Shown here in pieces: positions 26,555 to 36,614 of a stretch of DNA of 64,000 nucleotides (positions are counted from its first letter, which is position 1; each line of letters begins with the position of its first letter). This stretch comes from Candidatus Kuenenia stuttgartensis. GTDB lineage: Bacteria; Planctomycetota; Planctomycetia; Pirellulales; UBA1268. The position numbers and the translations under genes are program-made. Below the pieces are notes generated by a model. It was not told the origin of the DNA. It was given only the letters and a program-made list of their open reading frames with translations, and did not search any database. The DNA is taken from assembly GCA_943332855.1 (NCBI GenBank), contig CALQRA010000002.1:19154-83153 (forward strand), read 5' to 3'.

Positions 26555-29500
26555 TCAGGCGCTCGGCGCGGCCAACAGCGCTTCGACCTCGGCCAAGCGG
26601 CGCTGGTCGGGCGTCGAGAGCCAGCGATTACCCAGCCCCTTTCGCTTCGCCTCCTCGAGCGCCTTGCGGGATTCCGCAAGATTGCCATTGGCGGCCTCGA
26701 TCACCGCCAGGTGGAGCAATCGCAGCGGGGTCGGCTCGAGCACGGCAGCCTGGCAGTCTTCGAGGGCCCGGATCGGAAGCCCCAGCGACAGCCGGACCAT
26801 CGACCGGGTGTCGAGGAGCTCCGGATCAGGGCCGAGCACCCGAATCGCCCGGTCGAGCAGTTCGGCGGCCTCGGGAGCCGTCTCGTCACGCGTCAGGAGC
26901 CAGGCCAGATTGGCGGCGACGCGGGCCTCCTGCTCCTCGCCGAGCCCGTCCGCGGCCAGGAGTCGGCGGTAGATCGCCTCCGATTCCACAGGACTCCCCA
27001 GACGTTCCTCAATCGATGCCGCCCAAAACTCGACCTCGAGGTTGCCCGGATTCTCGCGCCGAGCCCGGTCGATGATCGCCGCGACTTTGGACGCCAGCGA
27101 CCGCTCGAGTGTGCCGGGGGCCTGCTTGAGGATTCCCTGGAGCGTGGCGAGGATCCGGGGGATAGGAAAATCGCCGATGAGCGGCACGAGGAGATCGACC
27201 GCTTCGGCGATTTTCCCCTGGCGACCGAGGAAGGCCGCTCGATCGAGCGCACCGAGCGTGGCAAGCGTGGCGTATTCCTCGTAAAACCGGGCAGCCGGTT
27301 CGACAAATCCGAACTCCTCGGCGATCCGGGCGCCCGCCAGGAGCCGGTCGATGTTCTCCTTCCGCACCCGCTCGTCAGGCAGGATTCGCTTCATGACGCG
27401 GCCGATCACGGCCGGATTCCCCTCGGCGATCGCCATCTTCAATTCGAGCCGGCGCAGCGTGGGCGAATCCTTGTCGCCGACGCGGGATCGCCCCATCCAC
27501 TGCCGGGCGGAGAGCAGATCGCCGTGGTCGAGGAGGCCGTCGACCAGGAATGCCCGCAGGGCCGGCGTGGCGTCGTCGGTGAGCGCGACGTCGAGGAGGA
27601 CCTTCCGGGCCTCCTCCCAACGCCCCAGCTGGGCCTCCATCCGTCCCAGGGCAAACCGCTCGTCGACGGTCAGCGCTCGCCGCTCGGCGAGGGTTCCGAG
27701 CAGACCAATCGCCTGCCGCCAGTGCACCGGCTCCTTCCGCGCCTGGAGCAAGTCCACCGACACCGCCAGATCGTCGGTGGCCTGATGCCCCTCCCCGTCC
27801 ACGTTCCGCTCGAGCAGGACGAGGGCTTCCTGGAACTCGGGGTAGGTCCCCTTGGCCAACTGGATGGCCAGAACCCGCCGCGCCCAAACGAGCGTCGGCG
27901 TGCCCTGGGCGGGAGCGAGGGTGATGATCCGCCGCAGTTCCTTGCGGGCCTCGTCGTCGCGACCGGATCGGATGAGAAACTCCGTGAGATTCCGGGCGGC
28001 GTCGAGATCGTCGGCTGCAGCCTCGACCTTGGAACGGTACACCGCTTCGGCCCCGGCCAGATCCTCGATCACCTCCAGGGCCCGGGCGCTCAACAGATGC
28101 CGGCGGTCGTCGTCGATTGCCACCTCGGCCACCCGGATCGCCTCGCGGGCATCGTTGCGCCGCCCCTGCGAGACGAGGAACTTGACGAGTGTCAGCCGGC
28201 AGTCGGGGCGGTCGGGGGCGACGAGGATCGCCTGTCGGAACGCCGTCTCGGCCTGCTTCAGCCGGCCGTAGCCGGCAACCAGTCGGCCGAACCACATCCA
28301 TTGCTGGGGATCGCGGCAATCCTCCGGGGTGATCCGTTCGGCGCGGGACAGCGCCGCAGAAACCCTCCCCGTGCGCCCCTCCAAGTCGGAGATGATCCGT
28401 TCGATGGCAATCCCCCCGTGCCCCTCGAGGTCGCGAATCACCTCCTGGGCCTCGTCGTAACGCCGCGCCGCGTGGAGCATGATCGCCATCCGGCGGAGCG
28501 TGGCCCACTGCCGCCCGCCAAGATCGATCGCCCTTTGCAACTCGCCGATCGCAAGGTTGCGATCCCCGCGGATCTCGGCGATTTCGCTCAACAAACGCGG
28601 CACCGCGCTCCAGCGGGGACGGTCGGTCTCCACCTCGACGAGGAGATGCCTGGCCTCCTCGAGATCGACCCCATCCTCGACCGACATGGACACCCCGACC
28701 GCATCCCCGTCTAACCGGTCGCGACGACGCTCCAGCACCAGGGCCACGAGCTTCACCGCCTTGCCGTATCGGCCGTTGGCATCATCGGGATGGGCCATCG
28801 TCACGAGGGATTCCGCGTGGGCCTGGATCGCGGCAAAATCCTCCTCGATAAACCCCAGATCAATGAGCGTCATGAAGCTCGTGAGATCATCGCCGTTGAG
28901 CTTGGACATGCTCGTGGCCACGCGCCGGGCCCCGTCGACATCGCCGACCTGGAGAAACGCCGAGACCAATTCCTGCCTCACCCTCCCCCCGGCCGTCGCG
29001 GACAGCCCGGCAGCCCGTAGCTCGACTTCCTCCAACCGACGCATGGCCTCGCTCTGCGGGAATTCCAGGGCAATCAGAACAGCGGCCCGGAGCATCTCGG
29101 CGGCATTCCGCAGCTCCTCCGGCGCCCCATCGATGACCTGCACCGCCGAATCGCCCCCCAGCAACACCGCCCGCTGACCGAGGAGAATCGGCGACCGGGG
29201 GTGGGTGGCGACCGCGATCGCCGAACGGGCCAGAGCCTGCGCCCGCAAGCCCTTCGCCTCGATGACGTCGATCTCCAATCCCTCGAGCAGGGCTGGGTCG
29301 ATCGGGTCAGTGGGCGTCGCGGTCTTGAGATCGGCCAAGAGCGTGTCGACCTTCGACCAGTCACGCTCGGCGACGGGACGTCGCGTCTGCTCCCAGAGCC
29401 GCATGCGGATGAGCGGAACGAACACCGCGGGCCGTCCCGCCAGACTGCCGATCGGCATCTCCTTGGCGATCGTCTCACAGAGCTCGAGCGAACGATCCGA

Positions 29501-30892
29501 CCAGCCGACCCGCTCGAATGTCAGCGCCAGGGTGAGGAGCGCCTCGATCAGGTTCGGGTCCTCGTTGAGGAGCCTGAGGCCCGCGCCGACGGTCCGGTCA
29601 GACTCGCCGAGGGCATCGTGGCAGGAGGCGAGGCGGAGATCGACCATCCGGGTGTAGGCGGCATCACCCACCATCAGCGGGCGGAGCTTGAGCCACAATC
29701 CGAGCGATTTGACCCACCGGTGCTCGTCCATCGCGACGACCGCGTCGGCATAGAGCGCCGGCACGCAGTTTCTCCCCATCAGCTCGCGGGCCCGGGTGAC
29801 TGCCTGCTCAAGCTCCTCGAAAAGCTTCAGATCGGCGAGTGAAAAGACATACTTCGTCAGCACGCGGGTCTCGTCGGGAAAGCGCTCAACGCCATCGCGG
29901 AGAAACCCGATCATCGCCTCGGTATCCCCCTTGGCGAGGGCGAGATCCGCCCGGGCGATCGTGAAGGCGGGACTATCGGCAAGGTCGACGAGAAGGCCGT
30001 TGATGATCGCCTCTGCCCGGTCGAGACGGCGCCGCCGCATCGCGACGCAGAACTCCTGATAGAGCGATTCCGGGTCGCGTGGCGACAGGGCCACCGACTT
30101 CTCGATCGCCACCTCGGCCGCTTCGAGATCCCCATGGGTGTCCCACCACCAGGAGAGATAGCGCCAGGCCACGGGGTCGGCGTCGGCCACCTCCTCCAGA
30201 CGGTGCATCACCCCTGTGGCCGAGTCCCGATCCTTAAACTGCCGGTCGAGCAGCCCTGCCAGGAGGAGGAAGGCCTCGGCCCGCCCCGGGGCGGGCTGGA
30301 TCGTCGGATCGAAGGCCCGGATGACCGGGATATACCCGGTCATGGTGCCGAGAACGTCCATCGCCTCATCGTCGAGTCGGATGTTGATGCAGGCCTTGGC
30401 GTACATGATGTCGAGCTTGACGGCATGGCGGTCCTCGGCCGGATCGGCCATCGGCAGCCCCTTCACCCCCAACTGGCGCCGAAGTGGCTTGAGGAGCTCG
30501 TAGGCCGTCGACGACTCCCCGGCGGCGACGGCGAACTCGGCGAACATCTCACACAGCTCGTCGTCATCCGGCGCGCCGCGGAGGGCTTTATCCAGCGCAT
30601 TGATCGCCTCCCTCACCTGGTAGGAGGGAGCCCCCTTCGACCGGGCCCGGGCGTGAAGGAGAAGGGCATACTGCCGGATCCGTTTCTTGTCATGGGGACG
30701 GTAGATGAAGTAATGCTCGAGCTCCCCGATGGCTTCGTCCGGCTTCCCGTCCGCCTCGTACTCGTCGGCCCGGCGCGCATGCCCCTCGGCATTCCGCTCG
30801 ATCTGCCACCCGTGGAGGAAGTACACCCCGACCGTCGCGCCCAAAAAGCAGGCCAAGACGCTGAAAAAAAAGCGATAATTGACGCGTTGCAT
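26555..30892 (-). CDS. Giant membrane-anchored TPR-repeat protein (1445 aa)
   Basis: N-terminal TM (FFFSVLACFLGATVGVYFL) followed by TPR-like helical repeats across the whole length. The antisense ORFs are junk composition. Confidence 0.8.
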   Translation of the reverse strand: MQRVNYRFFFSVLACFLGATVGVYFLHGWQIERNAEGHARRADEYEADGKPDEAIGELEHYFIYRPHDKKRIRQYALLLHARARSKGAPSYQVREAINALDKALRGAPDDDELCEMFAEFAVAAGESSTAYELLKPLRRQLGVKGLPMADPAEDRHAVKLDIMYAKACINIRLDDEAMDVLGTMTGYIPVIRAFDPTIQPAPGRAEAFLLLAGLLDRQFKDRDSATGVMHRLEEVADADPVAWRYLSWWWDTHGDLEAAEVAIEKSVALSPRDPESLYQEFCVAMRRRRLDRAEAIINGLLVDLADSPAFTIARADLALAKGDTEAMIGFLRDGVERFPDETRVLTKYVFSLADLKLFEELEQAVTRARELMGRNCVPALYADAVVAMDEHRWVKSLGLWLKLRPLMVGDAAYTRMVDLRLASCHDALGESDRTVGAGLRLLNEDPNLIEALLTLALTFERVGWSDRSLELCETIAKEMPIGSLAGRPAVFVPLIRMRLWEQTRRPVAERDWSKVDTLLADLKTATPTDPIDPALLEGLEIDVIEAKGLRAQALARSAIAVATHPRSPILLGQRAVLLGGDSAVQVIDGAPEELRNAAEMLRAAVLIALEFPQSEAMRRLEEVELRAAGLSATAGGRVRQELVSAFLQVGDVDGARRVATSMSKLNGDDLTSFMTLIDLGFIEEDFAAIQAHAESLVTMAHPDDANGRYGKAVKLVALVLERRRDRLDGDAVGVSMSVEDGVDLEEARHLLVEVETDRPRWSAVPRLLSEIAEIRGDRNLAIGELQRAIDLGGRQWATLRRMAIMLHAARRYDEAQEVIRDLEGHGGIAIERIISDLEGRTGRVSAALSRAERITPEDCRDPQQWMWFGRLVAGYGRLKQAETAFRQAILVAPDRPDCRLTLVKFLVSQGRRNDAREAIRVAEVAIDDDRRHLLSARALEVIEDLAGAEAVYRSKVEAAADDLDAARNLTEFLIRSGRDDEARKELRRIITLAPAQGTPTLVWARRVLAIQLAKGTYPEFQEALVLLERNVDGEGHQATDDLAVSVDLLQARKEPVHWRQAIGLLGTLAERRALTVDERFALGRMEAQLGRWEEARKVLLDVALTDDATPALRAFLVDGLLDHGDLLSARQWMGRSRVGDKDSPTLRRLELKMAIAEGNPAVIGRVMKRILPDERVRKENIDRLLAGARIAEEFGFVEPAARFYEEYATLATLGALDRAAFLGRQGKIAEAVDLLVPLIGDFPIPRILATLQGILKQAPGTLERSLASKVAAIIDRARRENPGNLEVEFWAASIEERLGSPVESEAIYRRLLAADGLGEEQEARVAANLAWLLTRDETAPEAAELLDRAIRVLGPDPELLDTRSMVRLSLGLPIRALEDCQAAVLEPTPLRLLHLAVIEAANGNLAESRKALEEAKRKGLGNRWLSTPDQRRLAEVEALLAAPSA

Positions 30893-31363
30893 GGGAGGGT
30901 GAGCTCGCGGGAATGGACGACCGGAATCAGCGGCAACCGAGACCGCCGCAATCCGCTGGCGGCCGCCAGCGGTGCAATCCGCCCCTTCATCCTATCGACC
31001 CAACGAACTGATTTCCCCCTTTGCGTTGCCCCCTCCCCTACGGCCGTCAGTACCCGTCGGCATTCGTTCCACGAGGGGCTCCATTTCGCACACGTTGCGG
31101 GAGCCGGAGCCGATGAGGGGGACGACCACATGGAGCTTGAGGGGAGGCCGGTCCTCCGTTTGCACTTCCGGTTGGCCCAGGCAACCATCAATCCCCCTCA
31201 CTCCCCCATCATGGGGATTCCGGTCGACTCGGGCCCCCCGGACGGGATCATCGCGAATCCCGACGGCAACCCGATCGGCATCCACTCGATGGCCTGATGC
31301 GGAAGCGACGGTACCGCGGCTAGAATCCCCTTTGCCTTGTCCACCTGACTTTCGGGGGAACCC

Positions 31364-32635
31364 ATGCGTTCGTCGTTCCGCAGGCCGGCTGTCGTCGGCC
31401 TCCTCGTCACCGCTGTGCTCATCGCCGCCGCCCGCTTCTGCCCGGCCGAGGACTGGCCCGACTTCCGCGGCCCTTTGGGGCAGGGGCACTCCGCCACGGC
31501 CGGCCTGCCGACCTCGTTTTCCCCCACCGACCATGTCTGTTGGAAGGTAGCGCTCCCAGGGAAGGGGTGGTCGACGCCGATCATCGATCACGGTCGTGTG
31601 TTTCTGACCACGGCCGTTCCCTCGGCGGAGACCCCCCCCGCGAAGCAATCGCTCCGTGCCCTCTGTCTCGACGCCGCCACGGGGGAGACCCTGTGGGACA
31701 AGGAACTGTTCTCGAAGGACATGACGACGGCGAAGGTCCATACGAAAAACAGCTTCGCGAGCCCCTCGGGCGTCACTGACGGCCGGCATGTCTTTTTCCA
31801 CTTCGGCCCCGACGGCACGGCCGCGGTCGACCGCGACGGCGCCATCGTCTGGTCGAATGACTCGCTCGAATACGACGCGCAGCATGGGGCTGGAAGCTCT
31901 CCGATCTTTGTCGGCAATCTGCTGGCGTTCACCGGCGACGGCGTCGCCGATCCGTTCATCGCCGCGCTCGATCGCGGCACCGGGGCGCTGGTCTGGAAAA
32001 CGGCTCGCCCCGAGATGCCCGATCCGAAGTTCTCATTCTGCACGCCACTGTTGGTCGAGGCCGGTGGCCGCAGGCAGGTCGTCAGTCCCGCCGGGCACAT
32101 GGTCTGCAGCTACGACGCAGAAACAGGCCGGGAACTGTGGCGCGTCCGCTACCCCAACAAGTGGTCGGTCGTGCCGCGGCCGATCTTCTCCCACGGCCTC
32201 GTATTCGTCTGCACCGGCTACGACGGGCCGGCCGAGCTCCTCGCCATCAAGCCGGACGGCGACGGGGACGTCACCGACACCCATGTCGTCTGGAAGACCG
32301 ACGACAACATCCCCCACAATCCCTCGCCGGTGATCGTGGGTGATGCAATCTATCTCGTGGCCGACAATGGCATCGCTTCCTGCCGGGATGCCGTCACGGG
32401 CAAACTCCACTGGCGCCACCGCCTCGGCGGCAATTTTTCCTCGTCGCTGGTGCATGCCGGCGGGATGTTGTGGATCGTGAGCGAGCTGGGGGTTTGCACG
32501 GCGTTCGCCGCCGACCCAGCCGAATACCGCGAGCTCGGCAGCAGCGACATGGGGGAGCAGGTGCTCGCCTCGCTGGCACCGGCCGAAGGGGCGTTCTTCC
32601 TCCGCACCGAAGGGCATCTCTACCGGATCGAATGA
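31364..32635 (+). CDS. PQQ-like (BamB-like) beta-propeller repeat protein, secreted
   Basis: Signal VVGLLVTAVLIAAARF, the motif DWPDFRGP, and repeated W...G......P.v..g.vf propeller blades (ETLWDK, ALVWKT, RELWRV, KLHWRH). Confidence 0.8.
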   Translation: MRSSFRRPAVVGLLVTAVLIAAARFCPAEDWPDFRGPLGQGHSATAGLPTSFSPTDHVCWKVALPGKGWSTPIIDHGRVFLTTAVPSAETPPAKQSLRALCLDAATGETLWDKELFSKDMTTAKVHTKNSFASPSGVTDGRHVFFHFGPDGTAAVDRDGAIVWSNDSLEYDAQHGAGSSPIFVGNLLAFTGDGVADPFIAALDRGTGALVWKTARPEMPDPKFSFCTPLLVEAGGRRQVVSPAGHMVCSYDAETGRELWRVRYPNKWSVVPRPIFSHGLVFVCTGYDGPAELLAIKPDGDGDVTDTHVVWKTDDNIPHNPSPVIVGDAIYLVADNGIASCRDAVTGKLHWRHRLGGNFSSSLVHAGGMLWIVSELGVCTAFAADPAEYRELGSSDMGEQVLASLAPAEGAFFLRTEGHLYRIE

Positions 32636-32681
32636 TCGGTTCGGATGTCTTCGTCATCGTCCTCACCCGGAGCCTCATCCC

Positions 32682-34043
32682 GTGTCGCGTGTGATCGTTT
32701 CGTCCTTGGCCGCCGCCTGCATTTTCCCCTGCGTGGGGATCGGAGGCTTGGGTGTGGTGGCAGCCGCGGAAGAGCGGGTCGTCGTCGCCGAGACCGCGGG
32801 CGACTGGGGAGTGCGCGTGGAATCCCGGCACGCCGGCCAAACGACGGCGGGGACCTTCGTCGTCGCTCCCCCCGACATCGTCGAGGTGCTCAATGAGAAA
32901 CTCCCCACGCTGCCGCTGTTCAACCCCGCGGTTCCCGGCTGGGTGAAGGGGGTGGCGCTGGCGGAGGTGAAGGCGGCCGAGTGCACCGTGATCCGGGCCC
33001 TCGATCCCGAGTCGCTCGTCGTCAAGACGGCCCCCGGAAGGGAAGGGACTCTCCTCGAGCGTGGGCGTGACTGGGAAGCTGATACCGAATGGGGCACCGT
33101 GGGCCGGCTCGCCGGCGGCCGAGTCGGGGAGGGGGTGCCGGTGTGGGCCAGCTACCGGGCAGCTCGGCGCCGAATCGATTCGGTCGTCATGCATGGCGAC
33201 GGTTCGCTCGCACTGCTGACAGGCACCCCGCAGATCGTTCTCTGCGAACCCCCCTCCATCCCGGCCGGGAGTGAACGACTCGTGAATGTCTACCTTCCGG
33301 GGCGGATCGCGAAGCTCTCGGGAGCGAACCTGTTCCCGATCATCGAAGACCGCTGTCCACCGCTGGCCTCGGACCAACCGCCCCAGGCCAGGGCCCGGCT
33401 CCCTGAAACGCTCCGCCGCCTCGAAGCGGGCGAAAAACTGAAAATCCTCGCCTGGGGCGACAGCGTCACCACCTACGACCGCTGGCAGTCGATGTTCGTG
33501 GAGCGACTCAAGGCCCGCTATCCTCGGGCCGACATCGAGTTGGTCACCGAGGCCTGGGGGGGGCGCAACACCGGCAGCTACCTCGCCGAGCCCCCCGGCA
33601 GCGAGCACAACTACCGGGAGAAGGTGCTCGAGTCTCGCCCGCATCTGATCGTCTCGGAGTTCGTCAACGACGCCGGCATGACCCCGGCGGATGTCGATCG
33701 GCACTATGGACAATTGCTCGCCGACTTCCGCGGCATCGGCGCCGAATGGATCATTCTCACGCCCCACTACGTGATGCCCGAATGGATGGGGCCGGGGTTC
33801 CTCGAGCGTGGCCAGCGTGACATCGACGACGATCCGCGTCCCTACGTCGCTGGTCTGAAAGCCTTCGTTGCCGCCCACCCGGAGCGAGTGGCGCTGGCCG
33901 ATGCCGCGCGGCGTTACGGTCGCCTCTGGCGCCAGGGGATCCCCTACCTGACGCTCATGGAGAACAACATCAACCATCCCAACGTGGCCGGCCACCAGAT
34001 CTTTGCCGATGCCCTCGATGAGGTGTTCGGAACGCCTGACTGA
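32682..34043 (+). CDS. SGNH/GDSL-family hydrolase with N-terminal beta-rich domain
   Basis: GTG start. Signal-like SSLAAACIFPCVGIGGLGVVAAA. Block I ILAWGDSVT, block II GGRNTG, block III EFVNDAG, block V NHPNVAGH. Confidence 0.7.
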   Translation: MSRVIVSSLAAACIFPCVGIGGLGVVAAAEERVVVAETAGDWGVRVESRHAGQTTAGTFVVAPPDIVEVLNEKLPTLPLFNPAVPGWVKGVALAEVKAAECTVIRALDPESLVVKTAPGREGTLLERGRDWEADTEWGTVGRLAGGRVGEGVPVWASYRAARRRIDSVVMHGDGSLALLTGTPQIVLCEPPSIPAGSERLVNVYLPGRIAKLSGANLFPIIEDRCPPLASDQPPQARARLPETLRRLEAGEKLKILAWGDSVTTYDRWQSMFVERLKARYPRADIELVTEAWGGRNTGSYLAEPPGSEHNYREKVLESRPHLIVSEFVNDAGMTPADVDRHYGQLLADFRGIGAEWIILTPHYVMPEWMGPGFLERGQRDIDDDPRPYVAGLKAFVAAHPERVALADAARRYGRLWRQGIPYLTLMENNINHPNVAGHQIFADALDEVFGTPD

Positions 34044-34247
34044 CCCCCCGTCGGGCCGTCGGCCTATCGGGGAGGGGCTGCAGCGGCTGCGTAGGATGGG
34101 CAATGGCCGTTGACCCTGCGGCCCCGCACGGTGGGGCTCTGCACAGCCCCTCGCAGTCACCGCCGGACGACTGCCGTCGAACTGCCGCCGGCGCCGAAGA
34201 GTTTTCCGATGGGGCCAGGCACACCCGCCGTTCCTCCGGCAAACCCG

Positions 34248-36614
34248 ATGGTCACCCCTCTCCCAACCTTCCGCCGTCATTGGCCGCCCCGTCGTGGTTT
34301 CGGCTGGGTGGCGATCGGCCTAGCCCTCCTCCTGGCAGGGCTGGGCGCGGCGGCGGCCGGGGCCCCCCGCTCCAGGGAATCCCCCACGGCCGCTAGCCGG
34401 GCGCCGATCCGACGGCTGACGCGGATCGAGCACGAGCACACGCTCCGCGATCTTCTCGACCTCCCCGGCCTCGAGGTCCGTGGCCTCCTCCCCGAGGACG
34501 GGCGCGCCCACGGCTTCGACAAGACGGCTACGGCCCTCGACGTTTCGCATGTCCACATCGCGGGCTGGTACGCCGCCGCCGAAGCGGCGCTGGCCATGGC
34601 CACCATGCCCCAGCCGACGGCTCCGAAGCCGGTCCACGAGACGCTCCTCCCCGGTGCCCAGGAGTTTTTCAAGCTCGCCCTGCTCGAGGGAGACGCCGTC
34701 TTCCTCCGCGAAGGCGCCTACGACGACGAGGCCCTGCCGATCGTCCGCGCGGCGCTCCCGCACAAGCTCTCCCACTACGAGCAGGCGGGGCTCTTTCCCT
34801 ACCGGCACTCGGTGGGGGTCTTCCGCCGTCAGGCCGTGGACGATCACTTTGCCCTCTTCTTCACCAGCTTCGCGCCGATCCGCGCCGGCCACTACCGGCT
34901 GCGGATCTCGACCTGGAGCTTTCAGTGGGACAAAGGGCAGCTGCTGCCGAGACCGGCCCCGGAGGCCGTCAGTCTCCATGCCGACGACCGCCTGCTTGCG
35001 TATGTCGATGCGCCGTCGCTCGAGCCGACGGTCCATACGATCGACACCTGGCTCAATCCCGGCGAACGGATCCTGTTCACCGCCGCCTCGCTGCCGCCGG
35101 CCCGGGTCTACAAGATGCCGGGACGGGCAGCGGAGTATGTCGGTCCGGGAGTGGCGGTCGATTGGATCGAGGTCGAGGGACCGATCCATGAAGCCTGGCC
35201 CCCGGAGAGCCACCGTCGGATCTTCGCCGACCTGCCGGCGCTGCCGCTGCGCGACAGATCGGCCTCCCCGCCGCGCCGACCGCTCGCCGGGCAGCGTTTC
35301 CCCGGCGCGCTCCCCAGGGGTGAGGAGCCCGGAAAACCGTGGGCCGTCACCCCCGTCGACCCGGCCGCCGATGCGCGTCGGTTGCTGACGGCGTTTCTCT
35401 CGCGCGCCTACCGGCGACCGGCGACGGCAGGGGAGATCGCCGTCGCCACGGCCCTTGTCGCGAAGCGAATGAAGCAGGGGGATTCGTTCGAGGATGCCGT
35501 CCGCACCGCCTGCCGGGCGGCGCTGTGCAGCCCCGAGTTCCTCTTTGTCGGCGGGCCGCCGGGGCGACTCGACGACTGGGCCCTGGCGTCGCGTCTCTCC
35601 TATTTTCTCTGGGACTCGATGCCCGACGAGACGCTCTTCACCCTGGCACGACGCCGGCAACTCGCGCAGCCGGACATCCTCCGGGCCCAGGTCGAGCGGA
35701 TGCTCGATGACCCACGGGCCGAGCGGTTCATCGCTCACTTCACCGACGAATGGCTCGACCTCCGTGATCTCGAGGCCACCACGCCCGACGCGACGCTCTA
35801 CCCCGATTTCAGTTCCGCCCTCCTCGATGCCATGCGGGCCGAGACGAGGGCCTTTGTCACCGAGCTCGTGCGTGGCGACGAGCCGGTGACGGCCCTCGTC
35901 CGCTCCGACTTCGTGATGGTCAATCAGCGATTGGCAGACCACTACTTCCCGGGGGATGGCGCCGCCGTGAGGGGCTGCGCCATCCGCCGCGTGCCACTGC
36001 CGGAGGGGAGCCACCGCGGGGGCCTCCTCGGCCAGGCGGCGATCCACAAGGTGACCGCCAACGGCACGGTGACGTCGCCGGTGAAACGCGGCGTCTGGGT
36101 GCTGCGGGAGCTGCTCGATGCCCCCCCCGATCCGCCCCCGCCTGGGGTCCCGGCGGTCGATCCCGATGTCCGCGGTGCGGTCTCGATCCGCGACCAACTC
36201 GCCCGGCATACCTCCGATGCCGGCTGTGCCGCCTGCCATGCCGCCATCGATCCCCCCGGCTTCGCCCTCGAGCGGTTCGATGCGGTCGGCCAATGGCGCG
36301 ACCGCTACCGTGTCTTCACCGACGCCCCCGGCCCCTCCGCCATCGACGGCCCACCGGTCGACGACGCCTGCACACTCGCCGATGGCCGTCACTGCGCGTC
36401 GTTCGAGGCCTTCCGTGACGCGCTCGTTGCCGACCGGCGCCTGCTCGCCGCGGCGCTGGCCAGACAGCTCGTCGTCTACGCCACCGGGGCCGACGTGCTC
36501 CCCGCGGAGCGCGACGCCATCGCCCGGATCGTCGACGACGCCGAGAGGGCGGGGGGGGGGGTCCGTGCGGTGATCCATGCCGTCGTGGCCAGTCCACTGT
36601 TCCTCGACCAGTGA
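34248..36614 (+). CDS. DUF1592/DUF1588/DUF1585-family protein (planctomycete type) with CxxCH motif
   Basis: ATG 34248 with TM WVAIGLALLLAGLGAAAAGA. The architecture and motifs (RLSYFLWDSMPDE, LLGQAAIHKVTANGTVTSPVKRG, CAACHAAIDPPGFALERFD with CAACH at 36225-36239) are typical of the family that pairs with DUF1552. Confidence 0.75.
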   Translation: MVTPLPTFRRHWPPRRGFGWVAIGLALLLAGLGAAAAGAPRSRESPTAASRAPIRRLTRIEHEHTLRDLLDLPGLEVRGLLPEDGRAHGFDKTATALDVSHVHIAGWYAAAEAALAMATMPQPTAPKPVHETLLPGAQEFFKLALLEGDAVFLREGAYDDEALPIVRAALPHKLSHYEQAGLFPYRHSVGVFRRQAVDDHFALFFTSFAPIRAGHYRLRISTWSFQWDKGQLLPRPAPEAVSLHADDRLLAYVDAPSLEPTVHTIDTWLNPGERILFTAASLPPARVYKMPGRAAEYVGPGVAVDWIEVEGPIHEAWPPESHRRIFADLPALPLRDRSASPPRRPLAGQRFPGALPRGEEPGKPWAVTPVDPAADARRLLTAFLSRAYRRPATAGEIAVATALVAKRMKQGDSFEDAVRTACRAALCSPEFLFVGGPPGRLDDWALASRLSYFLWDSMPDETLFTLARRRQLAQPDILRAQVERMLDDPRAERFIAHFTDEWLDLRDLEATTPDATLYPDFSSALLDAMRAETRAFVTELVRGDEPVTALVRSDFVMVNQRLADHYFPGDGAAVRGCAIRRVPLPEGSHRGGLLGQAAIHKVTANGTVTSPVKRGVWVLRELLDAPPDPPPPGVPAVDPDVRGAVSIRDQLARHTSDAGCAACHAAIDPPGFALERFDAVGQWRDRYRVFTDAPGPSAIDGPPVDDACTLADGRHCASFEAFRDALVADRRLLAAALARQLVVYATGADVLPAERDAIARIVDDAERAGGGVRAVIHAVVASPLFLDQ

